From NCBI GenBank assembly GCA_051362555.1, contig CM120640.1, forward strand, positions 71,216,788 through 71,280,787: DNA of 64,000 nucleotides, written 5' to 3'. The position numbers were made by a program, and so were the translations under genes. This DNA comes from Lingula anatina (lineage: Eukaryota; Animalia; Brachiopoda). Positions 63,127-64,000 of the stretch are shown one piece after another; positions within the stretch are counted from its first letter, which is position 1, and every line of letters starts with the position of its first letter. Under the pieces are notes generated by a model that made no database searches, was not told the origin of the DNA, and saw only the letters and a program-made list of their open reading frames with translations.

Positions 63127-63594
63127 CTCATTGGTCCCGTTCAGAATAGAGGACTAACTAGTCCGACGGTCAAATATGGCGACCTACATTGTACTACAAA
63201 GCTAAGTCTAATCCGCTAATAGACACTGAATAGATATCCCATGGGGAAGTATTAAAGCCATATTTGACCCACGGACTAGTTAGTCCCCTATTCTGATTTG
63301 GGGCCATTCAGAATAGATGATCCGAGCATTAACTGATTCGCCGACTAAATATGGCCGACCCCCTTCAAAAGCCATGCTACTAATTCCATGATGGTCTCCC
63401 CGCCTCCATACGCGCCGTCGCTGGAGGGGCCTAGAAATTAAACCTCGGAGCCGAGATTTAGTCTGTTTAATGGCGTTTGTGGAGGCGGGGAAACCATCGG
63501 GAATCGGCGGCATCGCTTTTGAAGTGTGGTAGGACATATCTAGTCGGCGGATCAGTTAGTGCTCGGATCATCTATTCTAAATGGTCCCAATGAG
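63127..63594. mobile_element. Two abutting palindromic Harbinger-like MITEs sharing a junction
   Basis: A: 63133-63305, GGTCCCGTTCAGAATAGAGGACTAACTAGTCCG...CGGACTAGTTAGTCCCCTATTCTGATTTGGGGCC. B: 63300-63588, GGGGCCATTCAGAATAGATGATCCGAGCA...TGCTCGGATCATCTATTCTAAATGGTCCC. Confidence 0.8.
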
Positions 63595-64000
63595 GCCCAT
63601 GTTTACTACAGTAACACGGGGCAGGACAGTGGACCCGGGGGACCTAGGGAACATATCGCCGTGATGTTATCAACAGGAACGCGCGCGGCATTCTTAGACT
63701 TTTGTCTGATTAGTGAAGTAATTGAAGACATTTGCATTTTGGATAGAGAGTGATCAGATTGGCGGCTATTTTTACCAGCAACAGTTTCCTTGTCATATGC
63801 TGGTGATCATGGTCGCAATGTCATAAGATCTTTGTCACAACCAAGCAAAGACCCTAAATAATTTTTCATAATTTTTTTTTTTACAAATTAATGTATTGTG
63901 TATAAACATGTTTGCAGAAACTAACAGAGAAAGAGAGACTGTAAACTGTAATTTGCACACATTTTAGTGCTCAATAAAGTATTATATTGTTATTAGTCTT

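Noticed and set aside
54500-64000. Further genes, tRNAs or SINEs in the last 9.5 kb
   Set aside because: Only short ORFs without motifs were seen, with no consistent exon chain and no tRNA cloverleaf or A/B boxes recognised by eye. Small exons of a gene extending beyond the window cannot be excluded.

Overview
AT-rich, intron-rich animal genomic DNA, probably an invertebrate such as a mollusc or other lophotrochozoan (inference, not provable here). Manual splicing with phase checks gives six protein-coding genes: (1) a 30-coding-exon, ~1,530-aa coiled-coil protein on the minus strand (24604->2601) with a 10-aa repeat near its C-terminus; (2) MED19 (+); (3) nucleoredoxin with two intact WCPPC sites (+); (4) a two-exon ~528-aa uncharacterised protein (-); (5) a ~102-aa secreted Thr-rich micro-protein with a furin site (+), which the ORF track splits in two; (6) a SoxH/Sox30-type HMG-box factor (-) with a predicted GC-AG intron. 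Mobile DNA comprises a decayed Sola2-type transposon, a 1.8-kb non-autonomous TA-flanked TIR element, a TTAA-type MITE and several palindromic MITEs, one present twice. The most unusual signals are four independent tandem duplications of exon-end plus 5' splice site in the coiled-coil gene (one interleaved with TTAGGG repeats, one with G-runs) and the triblock Thr-rich peptide beside SoxH. No rRNA, tRNA or CRISPR was seen. The last ~9.5 kb appears intergenic.
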